Shown here piece after piece: positions 1 to 13,300 of a stretch of 64,000 bases of DNA. The notes below the pieces were generated by a model. It did not search any database and was not told the DNA's origin. It worked only from the letters and a program-made list of their open reading frames with translations. The DNA comes from Hypanus sabinus (Eukaryota): positions 74,524,001-74,588,000 of the forward strand of contig NC_082711.1 of the NCBI RefSeq assembly GCF_030144855.1. The letters are read 5' to 3'. A program made the position numbers and the translations under genes. Each line of letters begins with the position of its first letter. Within the stretch, counting starts at the first letter, position 1.

Positions 1-828
1 TTGAAAAACTTATATTTCTTTCTTTTGATGCGCAGATCATTCTCACTCAGCCCAGTAAGCACTTTATACCAAGGTTCTGGACGTGCTCTTCATCATTCTT
101 GCCAGTCACGATGACTACAACAGATTGTTTTCTAAGATACCATTATTGAAGCCCTCAGTGAAGAGCCAGCTGGTGGCATAGTGGCATCAGAGCTGGTCCT
201 GAGTTCAAATCCAGCCGGCTCCCATTACGAGCTGGTGATCTCTTAAAAAAAACAACTCATCTCGACTGAGTGGAGTGATTTGGCCGCACCCATTGTCCCA
301 GTAATCAAGAAAGGGAAGGCCGGAGCCATTCAAGGTGAGCATCAAGGTGCTACATACTGTGCAGTATCCTCTGCCATTAATAGAAGACATTTTTGCATCT
401 TTGGCAAGCGGAGAGCAGCTGTCTAAGTTTGGCTTGTCACAAGCCTATCTGCAAATAGAGTTTGAGGAGTCAAGCAAGAAGTTCCTCACAATCAACACTC
501 ACAAGGGATTGTTCCAGTATAATCGTCTTGTCTTTAGCATTGCATCAGCTCCAGCAATTTGACAAATAGCAATCGACCAAGTACTCCAAGATATTCCATC
601 CTCATCACCAATTTGTTGTGTCTGTGCACGACTACATATCAATTAAATAAAAACTTGCATGCGGGAGTTAGCTTAATTGGTGTATTCACATTGCAACGAG
701 AGAAAGAGAAAAAACAATTTGCACACGTAAGCAACAATGCACGTGCACAGACAACAGATTAATATATAGTGCTAAGGGGTGGGGGAGGGGTGGTCATTGC
801 TCGAAAAGAAATAGACCTTTATATTATA
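1..828 (-). mobile_element. Rearranged Mag-like Gypsy LTR retrotransposon remnant (same family as 39023-43223)
   Basis: The reverse complement of 613-828 matches the LTRs at 39023-39237 and 43036-43223, followed by a PBS-like tggtgatgag (601-610). 1-116 on the minus strand matches RT sequence at ~41165-41280. 113-600 carries protease/RT on the + strand (ORF 335-562 QYPLPLIEDIFASL...INTHKGLFQYNRL). Confidence 0.85.
166..250 (+). mobile_element. tRNA-derived SINE head fragment inside the Gypsy remnant
   Basis: A-box-like tggcatagtgg and B-box-like gagttcaaatcc followed by an A-run; interrupts Gypsy homology. Confidence 0.55.
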
Positions 829-1029
829 AGGGGATTCGCCAACATTTTGCCAAATATAAATGTTTTAGTTATATAGCAAGAATGGTTCAGTGTTATTGGA
901 GAACAAGAGGCTGAGGGAGGAACATGGTTCTTCTCTGTTTCATGACTGACTGTGGGGAAGACGAATTTCAGGATTCTATCCTGCATACATACTTCGGTAA
1001 TAAATTTACTTTGAACTGAAATCTGAACG

Positions 1030-1370
1030 TGATAGGAGTGTACAAAATTTTCAGGGGCATTGTTGGGATGGACAGTAACCAAAGTTTTTTCGTGGTTGAA
1101 GTGTTTAATTATCTAGTACCGGGGGGATATATTTAAGAGGTTTGGAAGGGACCTTTTCACCCAAATAGTTTTTGCATTCTGGAACAGTTTGCCTGAAAAG
1201 ATGGTGGATGGCAGTATTCCCAAAATATTTCAGAAGCATCTGCACAAGCACTTGAACTGTCTAGGCATGCAAGTCTGTGGATCAAGTGGAGGTAAATCAG
1301 ATCAGTAGAGATGAGTACTTCATAGCTTGCACAGACATAATAGGCTTGATTCTGTGTTGTATAACTCCAC
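1030..1370 (+). mobile_element. Degenerate CR1 LINE 3' fragment
   Basis: ttttcacccaaatag...tggaacagtttgcctg...ctgtgttgtataactc resembles the CR1 3' ends elsewhere in the window. Confidence 0.6.
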
Positions 1371-4069
1371 CACTACCAGCTTCATTAGCCAATCCAAAGT
1401 GATCTTTTCTATACTCTAATAGTATGCACCAACTTAGTTAAATGTTGACCAGCCTACAAAGCCCAAAGAAATCATAATAATTTTCCATCCTGCGAAGCAG
1501 GGTCATCTACGCTGACCATAACACAAAAATGATGAAGCCCTGCTGCATTAACCAAGATGTCTCACAACAATTATTTCTGTGGTATTAAACTTACACAGTG
1601 ATCTCTTGTGAAGATATGAAATTTACTTATGCATTGTTCAAAAAAAAGAAGGGATTGTCACACTTAAAAGAGACAGCTAGAGTGATTTTCTGCATTTCCT
1701 GTGTTGTCTTAGCGCTTTTCTTTGTTCCCCCACATCTAATAATGTCCCCCTATCACTTACCTCATTGATGAGAATATCTGGGCTTCTTCATTCAGCCTTG
1801 GAATCTCTTCTCAACAGTTGCAGAAATAACACAGCACTCTCTGTCTCTTTCATGATAACCATACTATTTGTTACTATTGTGTAGTTGCCATGGAAAGTTT
1901 TACATTACTGTTAGATGGATGTACAGTAAATTGTTGGGACTGCCTTTCAATCAAGCCAGGAACTCTACAAATCCCATTTTGTACATGAATTTGGGTGTAA
2001 ACTACCATTGTACTATTTGTAAAGCGTTTTTGACCTTTTTAACATTTTTGCCCAGGATCCATTTGAGAGTTACTACTTTACATAATACGTGCAATGTGAC
2101 AAAAAAGGTTGAAATCAAATTGCTTAGAGACAAGTTTTTAAATACTGTTCAGCACTGCATTCTGAAGGCATATCACAATAGCTTTAAGAAGCATTTAATA
2201 TACATATAATTGATCATTCTCTTGGGTTCTGCTTTCACTTTCAAATTAAGGATGACATATGGGAATGATATAAATCTGCTCTACTGGCATCTGAAATTCC
2301 TTCTTTGGAACGCATATTCCAAAATTACTCATCACAGATTTCCAGTTTACTACAATTTATATTTCATGCTTCACAGATAATCAGGAATATGATGTTGCTC
2401 CTTGTATACATGTGGCATATGTGACAGGAAGAGAGGCTAATGAGCAGCTGATAGAAATTATTGACTTGAGTATGACTTGAAACAAAAACTCTTTCATGTT
2501 ATATCCAAACTAATACCAGCCAGCATTACAATCACCTTCCCTCATAACTACTAGTAAAATGAAGTTAAAAAATCTAAACACTGCAGAACGCTACACAGCT
2601 CAAAACATGATCTGCAGATACCACTTCCCTCTTATTAGTCAGCCGCCTGCTGTGAAGCCATTGTGAGAGGGGATTAAAGAGCCAAAAATAGAAACATAGA
2701 ATTGCATAAACGGCATGGTGTCAACACAAAATAGGTTGGGGATTAAAATATATTATTAATGGGCAATGTAACTCTTTCACAAATCAACAGTAAATTTTAT
2801 CATTATCACAACATGTCAACTCATGCCACATGTATGTTATGTAGGGCTGCTTTTTATAACCTTTTTCCACCTTTCTTTCAGTTTAATATATTTGCCAGTG
2901 CACTGTTAAATCACGTAAACTGGGTGTGATGCAGGATCACTTGACAAAGTAAGCTCAATTTAACCAGTTGCCTGCAGGGAAACTATTTGGATCAGGCAGG
3001 AAGAGACAATGTACCAAGGGCTATTATGTTATATGAGAACTTAGGTATTAACTGGTTAATGGTGATTTTTTTTTGTAGTAGGATAATCTGTCACTAGATA
3101 AGAATAGTTGTCAGATAATTAATAGTCGAGGTATCTGAAGATGCTTGTTACTATTGAAAAACTATTATTTCTTTTCAGCAAAGAGAAGATATGAGGTTTG
3201 TTGGAGAGAGAAAAACAAGTCTGTCTATCTTGTGCATTTGCTATTGCCCCAGAGATGAGCACAAGGCATAATGTTGTACGATGCTGTCAAAAGGTGAAAT
3301 TTTCAACCCTTCTTTGGAACAGTTTTCTGACCCAGGTCTGGGCATTTGTTGGGATGGAGAGCTTGGGATAGGAATGAAAGTTGAGCAGGGTGAATTGATG
3401 CTTTATGCAGTTCAGCATCTCCGTTGAAATGAGGCAAAGCTCCTGTTGCTAGTCAATCTTGAGTGACCCCTGCTGGATGTTCATAGACACCAACTGCCAA
3501 AGCATCTCTCTGAAACTCAACTAACAGCAAGGGTGATTTATTCAATAAAGAAAGCCTTAAAGTATCAGAGCAGAAGTTTCTACCATGGGTTTTCCTTTAA
3601 AAACTGGCAGATTCTGGAAATTTCTATATGAAACATTGTTGCAGCAACAGAGAGCAGATAACATTGGATAATTATTTTTTTTCAGAACTTCTAGTGGGCC
3701 TGGAGAAATAAAGTTGCTTCCTCAGAACTTTTTCTTGTTTATGATAGATGGCTTGAAGCTGAACACAAGTGAAATTTCAGACTACTTGTATCACGTAGGA
3801 ACTTGGAGAAACTACAAATGAAATTTTATAGAAGATAATGCATTTAATTTCATAATGGTGCAGATACTTTGCTCAACTAGCTAAGAATACCTTGTTGAGG
3901 ATTTTTACTTGTACTCCTTGCCTGAGGCTTCAACCTTGAGTCCAACAATAATCATCCAGCATTGAAAGATTCCAGTTGCCCTGATATCGTTTTTCAGTGA
4001 CTGCAATGCCCTGGTGAAAACGTTCACCATGCTTGTCACTGGCAGTGCCAAGATTTGCAGGTAAGAAGT

Positions 4070-4157
4070 CTTTTTTCCATAGATGCTGCCTGGCCTGCTA
4101 AGTTCCTCCAGCATTTTGTGTGTGTTGTTTGGATTTCTGGCATCTGCAGGTTTTCAC
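4070..4157 (+). repeat. Penelope pseudo-LTR-derived short repeat, truncated before the ribozyme core
   Basis: ccatagatgctgcctggcctgctaagttcctccagcattttgtgtgtgttg matches copies at 23422, 27745 and 37614. Confidence 0.8.
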
Positions 4158-4599
4158 TTATTTGTAGTCTAACTGGGAATGCAGGAAATGAATCTTTAGT
4201 GCAATGTTGCACTTCATGGTTTTGTATGCCTAAAGCATGTTGTCACCCAGCTGCATGTAGTTTGGTGCTCTGTAGCTGCCAAGAAAATTTTCAGCAACAT
4301 CTCTGAGTGCCTTCCATGTGACTTTCTCCAATCCCACTAGAAGTTCTTCAAATTGCCTGTCATTGATGGCCAAAATGACCAGATTGATTTGTGGACTGAC
4401 AAAAATACCTTGCTTAATCTTGGCATCAGTTATTCTGACTTGAATTATGAATTGAAATTACAAGTATAAGTGATTTGAAAAAATGGTGTGCTATATGGAA
4501 ATTTCATGATGAATTTCATGTTGATTTTCATGATCAGCAGCCTAAAATCTATATGACACACCGAAATGGATTCAGGAAGGGAAATCTTTGTTGCCCAGT

Positions 4600-4780
4600 G
4601 TAATCAGGCTGCTTCACTGATGTCTTTCAGGAAAACGGATCTTGCATCATTATCTGCTCCAATTTGCATTCAGTGTGATTAACTCTTTACTGCCTGGGCT
4701 GTTGAGCTACAATTAGAGAATGGTAATAAGGGCCAGTGTTGTTATCAGTTTTCATGTCCCATGAACAAAGGAAGAAAATT
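4600..4780 (+). mobile_element. Possible old SINE 3' part (LF-SINE-like)
   Basis: ttcactgatgtctttcaggaaa...caattagagaatggtaataa...catgtcccatgaac resembles, from recall only, a chondrichthyan LF-SINE-like tail. Confidence 0.35.
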
Positions 4781-4829
4781 ATCCGGTTCTCAAAGTAGAA
4801 TAGCCTTAAAATAATCCCATTTCATTGCA

Positions 4830-5045
4830 ACACAGAAGAAAGTCACAGCCCATCACATCTACGCCAACTCCCAAAGCACTCCCATCCTTCCACTCATATT
4901 CCTGTAATTTTTCTAAATCATATGTATGTCAACCTCATGCTGATTATTTTACCATCCACCAAGAGGTTAAATTATAGAGGCCAATTAATCTTTGCGATAT
5001 GGTAGAAAACTAGTGGGTCTAGAGGAAACCAAAATGGCCCACACG
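4830..5045 (-). mobile_element. Degenerate V-SINE (HE1-like) fragment
   Basis: Weak match to the V-domain and tail of the copies at 6945 and 46430. Confidence 0.4.
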
Positions 5046-5867
5046 TCATTTGTAATATTGGTTGTATACCAAGAACCTGGGTTTTACTTTTTGCTGGTAA
5101 CAAAGTAAATTACCAATTTGCGGTCCAGCATTACTCGGGAAGATTGGTGGGTACTTGTGACATCTTAAAGCTGGTGAGCAAGATAAAGAATGAAAGGGGA
5201 AAGCTGAAAAAGAAAGGTTCTTATCTTTAATTTAACCACAAAATTTAGATTAGTTAGTGTCATTAAAACAGCAAAATGGCCTAACTCTAAGTTGCACCAC
5301 TTGTAAGAACATATTAACAATGAGTCACATTAGGAAAGTATGGCTAAAGAGAAGTTTTAATGTACATATTAAAGGAAGAAAGAGAGTTAAAAAGACAAAA
5401 CTGGTTAGGGAATGATTTCTGAAGTTTATGTGTCACTGCTGAAAGTACTCCCAGCACTGGCTGATCAATTAAAATCTTTAATCTCTGTTGCCATTGAGTT
5501 TCTTCTCCAAGAATATATATTTTGCAATTCATAGACTACACCTGCCTCCACCAACTTATATTCAGAATGAGGTTGAGGTCATCCCTCCAGCTTTATGTAA
5601 GAGTTATAGAAAACTAGATCTGTCATAAGGATAGGCAGAAGGACTTTGAAGTCATGAGCTCTAAGGAAGTGATTGTTAATGCACATAGTGCATTAATCTT
5701 AAGAAATCTTTGAAGTGATTTTCCTCTAACGACAGTACATTAAGGGTGGTCCATTTAGTCATTCTAAAATACTCATAAAATGCTAATGATAATATCTGTC
5801 CTAACGAAGACTAATCAACACATCTGGAACTGAACACAAATGCATTCAGGATTCGGGACAGGATTAG

Positions 5868-6655
5868 TATGAATGAATGAATGAAATTTTATATCGGTCA
5901 GTACAAACATAACAAAAAGCATCATTTTCAATGATGATTTTGTAAGACAAAATTACAACAAAAAAAACATTGATATTTTTTAAAACAGACCGAAAGGGTG
6001 TAGGCTGAAGCTACGCCTTCTTACGCCTACCCCTCTTACTTATACAACAACATATTTGGTGTCAATCATCACATCAAAAACAAAAAATTTCATAGTCTTT
6101 TAGCACAAAATCCAATTCCAAATATCATTTATTTACTTTACTCTCATTCATTTTAAATCATGTATTTTATATTTGTTCATTAAATTATTTTAAAATATTT
6201 TTTTAAACTTGTTAAGTGTGGTGCATGTTTTTAAATTCTCACTACAACTGTTCCACAGATTCACCCCTCTGACTGAAATACAGTGATTTTTTATATTTGT
6301 TCTTATCCTTTGTTTTTAAAATATACATGTTCCTCTCAAATCATGTTGACTTCTTATTTTAAACAATATTTGGATACTTAGTGGTAACTGTCCATTTTTT
6401 ACTTTATATATAATTTGTGTTATTTAAACATCTACAAAATCTCTGTATTTTAAAGTGTTCAGTTGAATACATAGTGGATTGGTTGGCTCACAATAACTTG
6501 TCTTATTTACAATTCATATGGCTTTCTTTTGGAGTAGAAAAATTGAGTTTTTATTTGTTTTGTATGTATTTCCCCATACCTTTACACAGTATGTCATGTA
6601 TGGGACTATAAGTGAACTGTATAATGTATACAAAGATTCCTGATTTAAGAAATCT
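5868..6655 (-). mobile_element. Crack/L2-group LINE 3' end with (TTCA)n tail
   Basis: Minus strand translates to LYTLYSSLIVPYMTYCVKVWGNTYKTNKNSIFLLQKKAI*IV...EPTNPL, typical of the post-RT region of L2/Crack LINEs; (gaat)n at 5868-5885 marks the 3' end. Confidence 0.75.
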
Positions 6656-6944
6656 TGTGCTATCTATGAAAATCTATGTGATCTATGTGATCTTACTTTC
6701 ATAGAAATCTATGAAAATAGGATCCCACCATCACCTAGATTGCAGCAAATGGAAATCATCTGTAGCAAAACCAAGCAGACAGCTCCTCTAACAAGTTAGT
6801 TAAGAGCAAAGCCAATGAATTGGAGCTGATGAATAATATGAAATAAAGCAAACCATTAAATTGACTTGGATAATTATTTGTGATATGTATTTTTAACCAA
6901 ACATTCTCAGGAGCCTCAGATGAGTTTTTTTAAATTTTATGTTA

Positions 6945-7222
6945 TTCTATTTAGAGTTACAATGTGGAACACACACTTCTGGCCCAAAGAGCCACACTTA
7001 GTTAACCCTAGTCTAATCACAGAACAATTTCCAATGACCAATTAACCTACTAACTGGTATGTCCTTGGACTGTGGGAGAAAACTAGAGCATCCAGGAGAA
7101 ATCCGCGTGCACGTGGGAAGAAGCTACGAAATTTCTTACAGAGGATACTGGAATTGAACTCCAAACTCCAACTCCCCAAGCTGTAATAGTGTTGTGCCAG
7201 CCACTACATTACTGTGGCACCC
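6945..7222 (-). mobile_element. HE1-like V-SINE
   Basis: tRNA-like head (gggtgccacagtaatgtagtgg...ggagttcaattcc), V-domain (ttctcccacagtccaaggacatacc) and tail; matches 62878-63170. Confidence 0.85.
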
Positions 7223-7486
7223 TGTATTTCGATATTGATGGGAAGTCTCCAGATAAAGGCTGATGGGAATGCCAACTATCGGGTAACATTAGATAGATAG
7301 TGTTTTAGTTTCAACTACTTAATCTCTGACACTGGAAATGACTGTCACCATGTTTTTATTCAAAAGTTCTCACAATACTCCCACATCTAAACTCCAACGG
7401 ATTATTAAATCTAATGATGACTCCATATTCTGTCTCAGAATGATAGCGTTTATGACACCATGACTAGCATTTGTGTTAATTGCGTA

Positions 7487-8060
7487 TTTTCCTTGTCCTC
7501 ACCTTTCACAAAGGATCATCTTCATGATTTCCAACAACTCCAGTAGGATTCTAGCAACAGGCAGGACTTTGCTTTTCTTCCTCCCCTTTCCTTTTTAGCA
7601 TTTGAAAGGTACTCTTCCCTCTGCAATTTCCTGGTACCTTTCCATCTACATCAACCTCTTCCCTTTTTATTGCATTTTCTCATGCAAAATTTACAGATCT
7701 TCCCTTTCACTTTGACATTCCCCAATGTACAAAGTCACAAACAATCTTTAAAGTGAATCAGCAATTCACCTGAATCTCTTTCAGATTAGTGTTTTGCATT
7801 CAGTGTTCACAGTTTCTTCTCTTCGTTAGAGAATCTATTCACAGAAAAGCAGATTGATTAACACACATACAGAATACCTTTATACCACAGGTCCTGAACT
7901 ATCAATTGTCTATCACTTTAATTTTCTGCTCCAATCCCATTCTGATCTCTCTGCTTTTGAGCCACATTACTCCAAAAACACTCAGTGTAAACCTGAGGTA
8001 CAGTATTTCATGCTCCTCCTGGGTATGGTGAAGCCCTCAGCACTTAAATAGAATTTAACA
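7487..8060 (+). mobile_element. Degenerate Penelope-like element, GIY-YIG endonuclease region
   Basis: ttccttgtcctcacctttcac...caattcacctgaatctc...ttttgcattcagtgttcac is a decayed FTC..VIYCIRC-type motif; homologous to 30860-31520. Confidence 0.6.
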
Positions 8061-9644
8061 TTCAACCAATTTAACCATTTGTTTTGAATTTACAGCATCT
8101 AATTTATGCAATGACCAGAGGATTGTGCATTATTGGGCTAGAATATCAAATCAAAATAAAGAGTTAAAAGCAAAAACTAAATGAATATCTCCAAAACATT
8201 AAAAATATTTTATTTATTGATGCATTAGTGTACCTTGATTACTCAATTGCATTGAGCATAATGAAATCAGGAGTCATAGTTGAATGTACATCAAACTGAT
8301 TGCCTAAGACAGATTGCTCAGCAGGTTTTTAACTAGCTTAATGTTAATTTTAAGATGTCATTATGATTATTCATTTAATCCAGGGTTCTGTCTGTTATCA
8401 TTGGTAACCTGTGCTTTGAATAAGAATTTATATTCATTTGGAAATAGCTGATTGCTGAACTAATAGACAGCAGGCAATATTGAAGAGTTATGTTGTAACA
8501 TTATTTCCCATGTAAACAAACAGCACAAATGCTTTTTGCCTATGTACACTTGAAGAAGTGCCATCTCTTAAAGGTGAGGCACTGAGTGGCAAATGCTGTT
8601 ACTACAAATGGTATGTCATGGAAAATTAATCCTAACATTTAAAATGTTCAATCTGAACAATGTTAGTCATGCATTGTTTTACTTCACAAGTGGCCTATAA
8701 AGTTTGAGCTACAAAAAATGATGAATTTAAAAGGGTTTTTATCATTAATAAAATTATTAATCCAACTTGCTATTATTTGTTTCCAGTGTATCCATGCAGG
8801 TTCCTTCTTGCCTTGCTTGCACATATCATTGTCTCTATGAGAGGGACATATACCTTCTGAAAATAATAATGCATATTATAAAAATAAAATAATTTATTCA
8901 TAAAAATAATCTTTACTGCATTGATATTTTTAGACTGATGGCAATTAAATTCTAGAATGTAGTTTGTTGGAAGAGCAAATTTCTAAGTACAATGTTAGTG
9001 AGAATACAAGAATAACAGCTAATTGGTTTAGACATTTGATTCTGTGACTACAATAGGTACCTAGGATTGATTGCCTCTCCAACTAGGGCTGTGGCAAATG
9101 GCGAGGGTACAGAAGAGAAGAAAACATCTGAAGTCCATAGGTTTTTCTCCCTTTGTTTCTCTCACTATATTCCCTCACTACATTCAGCTCCTTAAGGATT
9201 TTGCAGGTGGCTGTTCCTAGGTCAAACTTCAACATTTTTACTAAGACCTCTTGTTGCACACAGGCAGGGTGGTGAAGAAGGATTTTAGAGTGCAGACCTT
9301 TATCAGTCAGGGCACGGAGTATAGAAATTGGAAAGCTATGTTGTCGATGGACTAGATTTGGAATAATGCTTTCATTTCTTCCCACTCGAGTACCTGCAGT
9401 AAATGCCTGTTCAGCCAACATTTCAGCCCAGACACTATCTTGGCTATCCTGATTCTAACCTTGACCATTATGATGCTTTAGAACCCCAAGCTCTTTGTCA
9501 TCAGAATTCCTGTCAAATATTGTCTATTTTCTGAAGACTCGGAAGCTGGAACATGATTTGAAACCAACTCAGTTGAAAGTGAGCATCCAAACCAACTTGC
9601 AAGAATGGACCTAAACTTGAAAAACTTTCTCACAACAATCTGAC

Positions 9645-9930
9645 ATCTGATGAAATGTGCATGTCTCCCCTATTCCTATGTGATTTTTCTCCAGACACTC
9701 TGCTCTCTTCTCACAGCCCTAAGGCATCCTGTTTGGTAAGTTAATTGACTGCAGTGCAAGGCCTGTAAGAGTAGTTGGGTGGTGGACAAATTAGAATGAA
9801 CATCTGCTTATGGGCATGCAGGAGAGTAGGTATTAGGATGTAAGTAAGGAATGGAATCGAAAGAATTGCTCTAACAGCTGCCATAGTCTCAATGGTGAAT
9901 GATGTCTCTATGTTATAACAAGATATGAAA
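9645..9930 (+). mobile_element. Degenerate V-SINE
   Basis: tgtgcatgtctcccc...ttctcacagccctaaggcatcctgtttggtaagttaattgact resembles the V-domain. Confidence 0.5.
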
Positions 9931-10159
9931 AGTAAATAATTAAAAGGGAGAGAAATTTAAAATTCTCATGACTAGCAGTTTGTCAGTGTCTTGCTGAGAT
10001 TAAAATTCAGGCACTTTAGCTAAGAGGAGAGCATTGGCTCCTCTAATGGTAGAACTAATTGAATAAAATTTAATGAACACTTTGACCCAGAATTTACTGC
10101 AGTAAACCATTGTGAAGTGAATGGGTTGTGTTTGTTCATGTAAATTGGATAACTATCCA

Positions 10160-10390
10160 CGAGTATTCAGACAGAAACTGCAGATACTGGACCAGCAGCT
10201 GTTAGTGAAATTGAATTGTTGACATTTTGCATTGAGACCAGCATCAGGACTGAAAATGAAGAGGAAATATAACCAGCAGTGGTGGTGGGGTGGGGGGAAT
10301 AGGGTGCAGTAGGTGATAGATGGAAACAGAAGGGAAACAAAAAGCATATGCAACCAGGTATGGGGATAGTGGGGAAGGCAGGATTATGCA
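10160..10390 (-). repeat. Old Penelope 3' end / pseudo-LTR with decayed hammerhead motif
   Basis: Minus strand cagtcctgatgctggtctcaatgcaaaatgtcaac followed by ccagtatctgcag, preceded by a pyrimidine-rich tract as at 31320-31500. Confidence 0.55.
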
Positions 10391-13300
10391 GCAACAGGAT
10401 CTCAATAAAATATGTCTTAGCCAATTGTATACAGAAAATTTAACTTGACTTTCTGAGTGCTATACAATTGAAATCATTGTGCAGCAGTGAGGCATTACAG
10501 GAGCGGAATCGATTCAAATACACTTCTGAGTGCACAAGTGACACCTGCAATGCTGTACGACTGCTGTGCTGTGGAGAAACCTACAATCTTCAAAAGGACA
10601 TGTGTTCACTTCATCTGCTGTTCTCTGCTAAGGAATGCCGATGTACAGACAGGTCTCTTCAAAGACTTCTTTGACTTCTTCAGTGACTTCTTCTGGCCGC
10701 ACTACATGGAGAGCTCTAATTACTGATTGCAGGCTAACCCAATTTCAGCCTGAATGTAGGAAGCCTTAAAGCTGATGGTTACCATGAACTTAACAGCCAC
10801 TGGCAAATGTTTTCAATTGTTCACCCCCAAGATGCCAGTACAAGAAGTGCCTTCTGAAAATATTGTGAAGATAACATTCTCCTGTGAGCACGTCTGCAGT
10901 GCCTCCTCCCTGTATGCATGGCAGCTGCTTAATCTCATGCAGCATCTATGTCTGGGAGCAGTAATGCATGCCAAAATCATTAAGTCATGATGAAATTAGT
11001 TGACTATTGTCACAACATTTCTTGCACTATTTAGCAAACACACAATAAAATCTAGAAATATTTAGGGTTGTTTGACTGGTAGGAATTTGTTTTAAAAACT
11101 GTTCAGGCATTACCCTGCAAGTACTGGATGCTCCCATTTACTGTGGTACTTTTCTGCTGTGGAATGCTGCATAATTCAGCTGCATTGACTGCAGGTCAGC
11201 ATTGCCAACTGATTAATGTCATAATCTTCACAGCCTGCATTCTCTTTGTAGACATTAGCATTTAACACAATAATGCTACTTGCCAAATGCTGGGGTAACA
11301 TTATCTTCAAGAGCATTTAAACAGCGTAGAATATTCGTATATAGGATAACTGAATATTTGCACAGGAGCCTTTTTAGAAAATATTCTTCATAGATTTCAA
11401 ATGCAGGAGGTGCCAATAAAATTTACAAGGAAATGTGTCTGTTGGAATATTGTGACTATTCCAGTACTCTGCACTTGCCCTCGATTTTTAGAAGAGATGA
11501 GTATAATTGTCCAGTTTAATGTTGCAAATTTCACATTGAGTCAGGTGAGAAATACCATTGCTGGAAATGGGCATTTTGCACTTCCTTATTTTCTCATGAT
11601 ACAACCAGATAAAGAAGTAACATCTCACTATTTCTTTACTTTGGTGTAACAAGGAATTTCTTGTTTTATCAAGATATAACATATGTTTTCCAGAAGAGGC
11701 ATCTTATTTGCTCAAAAACATGAGATTCACACACATTGCTAATTCATTTCCAACTTGTGAGCAACTTTTCACCATTCCAGGATTTGAAATTAAAGTTGAG
11801 AAGTTAATTATATTAGACTTTTTGAATCACAGACGAGTGGACCTAATTTGCTTGTTATACTGGATGGATCTGAATCAAGGTCTTAGAATACCTCTTGCTA
11901 AGGTAGATCCATGACACAAATTTTATTTTGACTCTAAATAACCTGATATCATTTTTTCAGAAGTATATCACTTACATTAGCATTCACCATAATTCTCATC
12001 ATGTAATCATTTACAGAGATATTTTGAAGTGATTTGATTCATGTTCTGTTGTTCAGATTAACATTAACATTTTCTTTAATATTGCTCTTGAGAATATGGA
12101 TGGGATTGGGTACGAAGTGAAGTTAAATTATACTCTTTGACAAGGCTTCTCATATTTTCTTAAACTAGCCTTAAACTAACTGCACAAGCTTTCTGGGAAT
12201 GAGAAGAGAAATCATATTGTTCCCATTTCACTGGATGCCTAAGACTGGTGGTGGTGGAGGTGGTAGTAGAAGGGGGTATTAGAACTTATAAGAGAAGCCA
12301 CCGGGGGGTGAAATTGATGTTTTGGATCAGTCAGCAGACAAATTAGTGAAAAATGAAAATTATGAGTTTTGTTGTAACAAGTGCAATTCCGATGGCAGAT
12401 TGAAGATCTATCTCATTATCATTTAGCAGGTATGCTGCATATAGTTAAAGTAAAAATTAAAACTGGTAATTGAATCCAAAAGAATAATACCTAAAGAGTG
12501 ACAGACTGGAACTATCAGCTGAATATGGTACCGATGTCTCCACTTTGAATACATACCAGTTAATGGGCAATGGACTCATTTAACTTCAATACTAGAGTGA
12601 AACATTTGAATATATATCAATCCAGCTTCCACTTGTTTTAAAAGAGGTCTAATATTTTGTACAAACAATATAGTATGTATCTATTTCTTCATAGGCATAG
12701 TTCATGCTCAGCACTGCAACTGATCTATAATTAGACCAACAGATGTAAGTGTGATAAACAAAATAATTAGTCATACTTTAATTTGCATGTAGTTAGCTAC
12801 TGTAACTCATTATGATGACTCTAATTTTTCATAAACAGTGGAAATATGGATGATGTGATTGTTTATATTGCTTGCAAAATCAGGTATAATTGCAATATAA
12901 TAGGCTAACTCTTATGGGGATTAATAGGCCTGTTTTATAGTTGTTTATAACAGTAAATGCCTCCTATTTATGATGGCTTAATAAGTCAGCTCTGAAGTAC
13001 TTAATCCTCACAATGGATTCATGCAAATTTGCTAGTAGAATTACAGTTGGAGACTTAAACAAGAATTTCCAATCAAATAGGTATTTGCATATATGCAGTA
13101 TCTGACTAATCATGTAGGTGCTTAAAATTTTATAACACATGGATATAACAAATATAGGAAAAATGTTTCATAATGATAAAACCTCAAATAAATTCCACCC
13201 CTAGATCTGGAGCTTGGAAGTGTTAAAATATAATCCAGGGTAAAGATGTAAAATTTCGACTGCAGAAGTTCAACTTCCTTTTTCCTTCCAACTTGGGGAG

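Noticed and set aside
1755-1830. Strong minus-strand splice donor (ag|gtaagt)
   Set aside because: No clear acceptor or recognisable peptide; such motifs occur by chance
3179-3293. AG...GT-bounded candidate exon
   Set aside because: Stop codons in all three frames
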